Source of the DNA: a virus
Taxonomy: Duplodnaviria; Caudoviricetes
DNA length: 64,000 bases
Reading direction: 5' to 3' (one strand)
IMG/VR virus record: IMGVR_UViG_3300042935_001404
Made by a program: the position numbers and the translations under genes. A model generated the notes under the pieces. That model made no database searches and had not been told where the DNA came from. It was given only the letters and a program-made list of their open reading frames with translations. Of this stretch, positions 61,060-64,000 are shown in pieces (the first letter of the stretch is position 1; each line of letters starts with the position of its first letter).

Positions 61060-63717
61060 TCACCATTCAAATAAAGTTTGGAATGTATTCTCTGTGTTGG
61101 TGGCACTTGCCAAGTCCCAATCCAGCACACCCAACAAGTTGTCAATTTTTTGATCCACAACAGTGGCCTCCATCAATCCATCATCAAATGGCAGTTCTGT
61201 GAACCAAGCAGGCAAGCGTTGTTCATCTGTGGGATAACCAATTGACGTCCACCCAAGAGCATTGCTTTTAAGTTTACACACAATAGTTTTCATACCATCA
61301 ACAATTTGCATACTGTAGTTGTCGCCATTCATTTTCCGCATGTTGTTCCAGTTCATGGCAGCTCGCACATGTCCTGGCATATTGGCTTTGCCAAGCCTTG
61401 CCTCTTCTGCACCATACTTGGTCAAGTTGTTCACACGCTTGGGCGACCCTTTTTCCCAGCCCGGACGTTCCATAAACTCATATTTGAATTCACGAATACG
61501 TGCTACAATGGAATCTCTGTCAGCACCATGCAATGTACTATTTAGAATTTCCAACAAGAAGTCTTGAATTACCTTAGGTGTATCACTACGCTTCAAGTCC
61601 AGGCCCATGGCCTTGGTCTTGCCCTTCTTGCCTTCCACATCCAGTCGCTTGCCTTCCAAGTCAATGATGTTCACAGCATAGCGTTTCTTTGTGATAAACA
61701 GGCCACGATCTGCCACCAGTTCTCGACCTGCCGCAATCAACGCACCCATCTCTCTTGGACAGTGAAATGCCTGTTCCATGAAGCCTGGAAAACTCTCATT
61801 CACTTGTTCAGCAATAGAGTCATACAAGGCAATGGCAGTTTCCTTGTTCCACGCCATACGACCTTCTGCTACTTCTTTCTTCAGCACTGGCCACGCAGTA
61901 AAGTAGCAGGAGTCTGTGTCACCATAGATGATGGCTTCGCCGGTGTGATCATACACACCTGTGATACATTCGTTGATGTGTGCATCCATGTGCCGGGCAA
62001 TGGCACGACCAGTTAGTGTAGTGCTTTGTCCAATGCGATGATCGAAGAACCTGCAACCAGGATTTAAAATAGCACCATATAACGAGTTCAAGTTAATCTT
62101 CTTGACCAACTGTCGCTTGTCCCAGAATGCTTCTTCTTTCTTGTCCCGGGCTGTTTTCTTTTTGGCCTGTAGTTCTTTACGTTCACTGTACCAACGTTCC
62201 AACAAGCCTGGGATGATACCCTTCTTTTCGTATGTGAGAATAGTACCGTTAGCACTCATGATCCAAGGCTGATTGCTGTCAAACATGATGGTCCAGATCT
62301 CTGCGGCACTGTGTGTGCTTTCTGTGCCATCTTGCCAGTCAATAGTGATCTCTGTGCCACGTTGCTGTTCCATTACCGCAGTGTATTCCAAACTGCCAAA
62401 CAAGCCCTCCCAGGCAGCCGCAAAACTTGCACCCTTGGCAATTTTTTCTTTGATGTAGTGATCACTCATGATGGGACGCAGTTGGCCTACTACAGTTTCT
62501 GGTCCCATGTTCATGGCACGAATGGCCGATGGATATAGACTGTTGATGTCGACTGATCCAATCCAGTCATGCAGGCCCTTCTTTGGATACGCAACATACG
62601 CACCTGCGGCCTGGGTGTCATCGTCTGTGAGTCGTTGCTTGCGATTGGGCACTACCATGCCACGTTCGTGCGCTTCATTGATAATGGCCTGCTCAGTCAC
62701 TGCCACAGCACCCATTGTGGTTTGTAGTAGCACAGTATTGGCGTGTGCCAGTTCGCTGGCTAGACTCAAGAACTGTAGTTTACGATCCAGTTTGTGCAAC
62801 AACAGTGTATCTTGTCTGTTGTATTCAATAAACTTTTTAAAGTGTTGGTTGTACAAAGCATCCAGGGTGCCTTCAAACTGTGTCTTGCGTTCGTTGAGTT
62901 CGTACTCGCCAATGGCATCTAAACTGTACGAATGGCGTTCTTCATATGTGTACTTGCGATACAGTTGCATATAGTCCATATGCACACGACCAATCAAGTC
63001 ATATGTTTGGCTTTCACTGCCAAAGCGTTCAAACATACGCATCTTGGGCAGTTGTCCCCACAGACAGAACTTACGTGTGTCGTCTTTGCTCAGCACACGA
63101 GTGCAACGATTCACAGTGTAGGGAATATCGTAGCCTTCTGAGTTCCAGCCACTCAGCACGTCTGCATCTTCGATCAAGTCCAGGAATGTTTTGATCATGT
63201 CCTCTTCTCGTTCAAACAAGATGGTATTTTCAAAGTCCTTCACAAGATCTTGTGCAGTTGCCCACGATAGACCTTTGGGCGGAACTGCCAGTGTGACCAA
63301 TTGATCCAACCAGTTCAGGTAGACTGAGATTGCAGTGATGGGATTGAATGGATCATCCACAGGCGAGAAACCTCGCTCCTTGTCAAAGTCTACCTCAATG
63401 TCGAAAAATGCAACATTGAGTTCTGGGGCGTCTTGGTCTTTGTAGTTTTCTTCCAAGCAACGAAAGATGGGATTGATATCACTTTCATACAATTGCTTGC
63501 TGGAGTGCATGCGAACTTCCTTGCGGAATTCTTTGTTGTTGCGTGTGCTGAAGCGACTCACAGGTGTTCCGTAGATGCTTTGGAACTTGCCTCTGGCATC
63601 GTCGTAATAGAAGATGTAGTTGGCAGGATACTCTTGGTATTTCCTCACGCCGTCTCGGCGTTCTACAACATGAATGCGATCGTGTTCACGATCAAATAGT
63701 GCGTCAATATAACTCAT
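61060..63717 (-). CDS. Family B DNA polymerase (T4 gp43-like)
   Basis: Exo I FDIEV, GWNS-GYDIPY, YSLDAI, YN-QD; polymerase DINSLYPS, KINLNSLYG, YGDTDS, KKRY. Confidence 0.97.
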   Translation of the reverse strand: MSYIDALFDREHDRIHVVERRDGVRKYQEYPANYIFYYDDARGKFQSIYGTPVSRFSTRNNKEFRKEVRMHSSKQLYESDINPIFRCLEENYKDQDAPELNVAFFDIEVDFDKERGFSPVDDPFNPITAISVYLNWLDQLVTLAVPPKGLSWATAQDLVKDFENTILFEREEDMIKTFLDLIEDADVLSGWNSEGYDIPYTVNRCTRVLSKDDTRKFCLWGQLPKMRMFERFGSESQTYDLIGRVHMDYMQLYRKYTYEERHSYSLDAIGEYELNERKTQFEGTLDALYNQHFKKFIEYNRQDTLLLHKLDRKLQFLSLASELAHANTVLLQTTMGAVAVTEQAIINEAHERGMVVPNRKQRLTDDDTQAAGAYVAYPKKGLHDWIGSVDINSLYPSAIRAMNMGPETVVGQLRPIMSDHYIKEKIAKGASFAAAWEGLFGSLEYTAVMEQQRGTEITIDWQDGTESTHSAAEIWTIMFDSNQPWIMSANGTILTYEKKGIIPGLLERWYSERKELQAKKKTARDKKEEAFWDKRQLVKKINLNSLYGAILNPGCRFFDHRIGQSTTLTGRAIARHMDAHINECITGVYDHTGEAIIYGDTDSCYFTAWPVLKKEVAEGRMAWNKETAIALYDSIAEQVNESFPGFMEQAFHCPREMGALIAAGRELVADRGLFITKKRYAVNIIDLEGKRLDVEGKKGKTKAMGLDLKRSDTPKVIQDFLLEILNSTLHGADRDSIVARIREFKYEFMERPGWEKGSPKRVNNLTKYGAEEARLGKANMPGHVRAAMNWNNMRKMNGDNYSMQIVDGMKTIVCKLKSNALGWTSIGYPTDEQRLPAWFTELPFDDGLMEATVVDQKIDNLLGVLDWDLASATNTENTFQTLFEW

Positions 63718-63775
63718 AGTCTCCGTTTGTGGCCGGTAAGCCGTGATTCATGCTCGTAAAGTGAGCGACTCGTTG

Positions 63776-63967
63776 TTACTTATTAAGTAAATCTGGTAAG
63801 TGTATTTTTGTATCAAACATGTATACCTTGTTTAATTTACACTGGTAATAATTTTGTTCCGCAAATTTTTTGCACTTGTCTTGATTATCAGAATCTGAAA
63901 TAATAAAATCAGTGGGCACACAATCGTAATTCATTAATTGCCCAATGACAAAACATACCCAAAACAT
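63776..63967 (-). CDS. Small hypothetical protein
   Basis: Intact short ORF. Confidence 0.5.
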   Translation of the reverse strand: MFWVCFVIGQLMNYDCVPTDFIISDSDNQDKCKKFAEQNYYQCKLNKVYMFDTKIHLPDLLNK

Positions 63968-64000
63968 ATTATCAAAGTTCTCATATACACCTAATGGATT

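Noticed and set aside
168-63699. Most + strand and short nested ORFs in the ORF track (e.g. 168-617, 13042-13527, 61564-62016, 31268-31519, 29275-29529)
   Set aside because: They are antisense or alternate-frame shadows of well-supported genes, tRNAs or ncRNAs, with no SD or recognisable motifs
61060-63717. Intein or intron in the DNA polymerase
   Set aside because: 885 aa with all motifs contiguous; no splice-junction motifs or homing endonuclease
1-64000. Bacterial chromosome or prophage origin
   Set aside because: T4-like polymerase, clamp and RNase H, TATAAATA late promoters, dense single-strand short ORFs and a CCA-encoding tRNA array; no rRNA, ribosomal-protein or integrase genes are present
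1-64000. CRISPR array
   Set aside because: No direct repeats separated by unique spacers; the only repeats are intragenic protein repeats and a two-copy promoter duplication

Overview
The window is a 64-kb segment of a large T4-like (gp43/gp45-type) tailed-phage genome, almost entirely on the minus strand. A betaproteobacterial (Burkholderiales-like) host is inferred from a general porin, a Bug/TctC solute-binding protein, AhpC/AhpD and an FdxA ferredoxin. Contents: (i) replication and nucleotide genes (family-B DNA polymerase, sliding clamp, RNase H-like 5'-3' exonuclease, ThyX, NTP pyrophosphohydrolase); (ii) a 7-deazaguanine pathway (folE, two QueD-like genes, queE, a TGT/DpdA-like transglycosylase; no queC in the window) plus MetK; (iii) a large glycan-synthesis and modification repertoire (NDP-sugar epimerases, dehydrogenase, C-methyltransferase, DegT aminotransferases, amidinotransferase, sulfotransferases, SGNH proteins, five paralogous GT-B-like proteins); (iv) a ~15.6-kb translation-support region (18256-33916) with 25 tRNA genes covering 19 amino acids (no Phe seen). 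The most striking features are in region (iv) and are largely missed by the ORF track: a 46-codon leader peptide containing all 20 amino acids coupled to an antiterminator/terminator at the head of the tRNA array; a circularly permuted two-piece tmRNA with a 27-codon tag; a small basic ORF whose only stop codon lies inside the downstream tRNA-Lys, so tRNA maturation would leave a non-stop mRNA (ArfA-like logic); an 8/4 tRNA-Ser, a tRNA-Ser(ACU) and a U37 tRNA-Asp; and five unnamed structured non-coding elements. Together these suggest a phage module that senses translation stress and rescues translation (inference). All family assignments come from motif recognition by eye; no database search was run.
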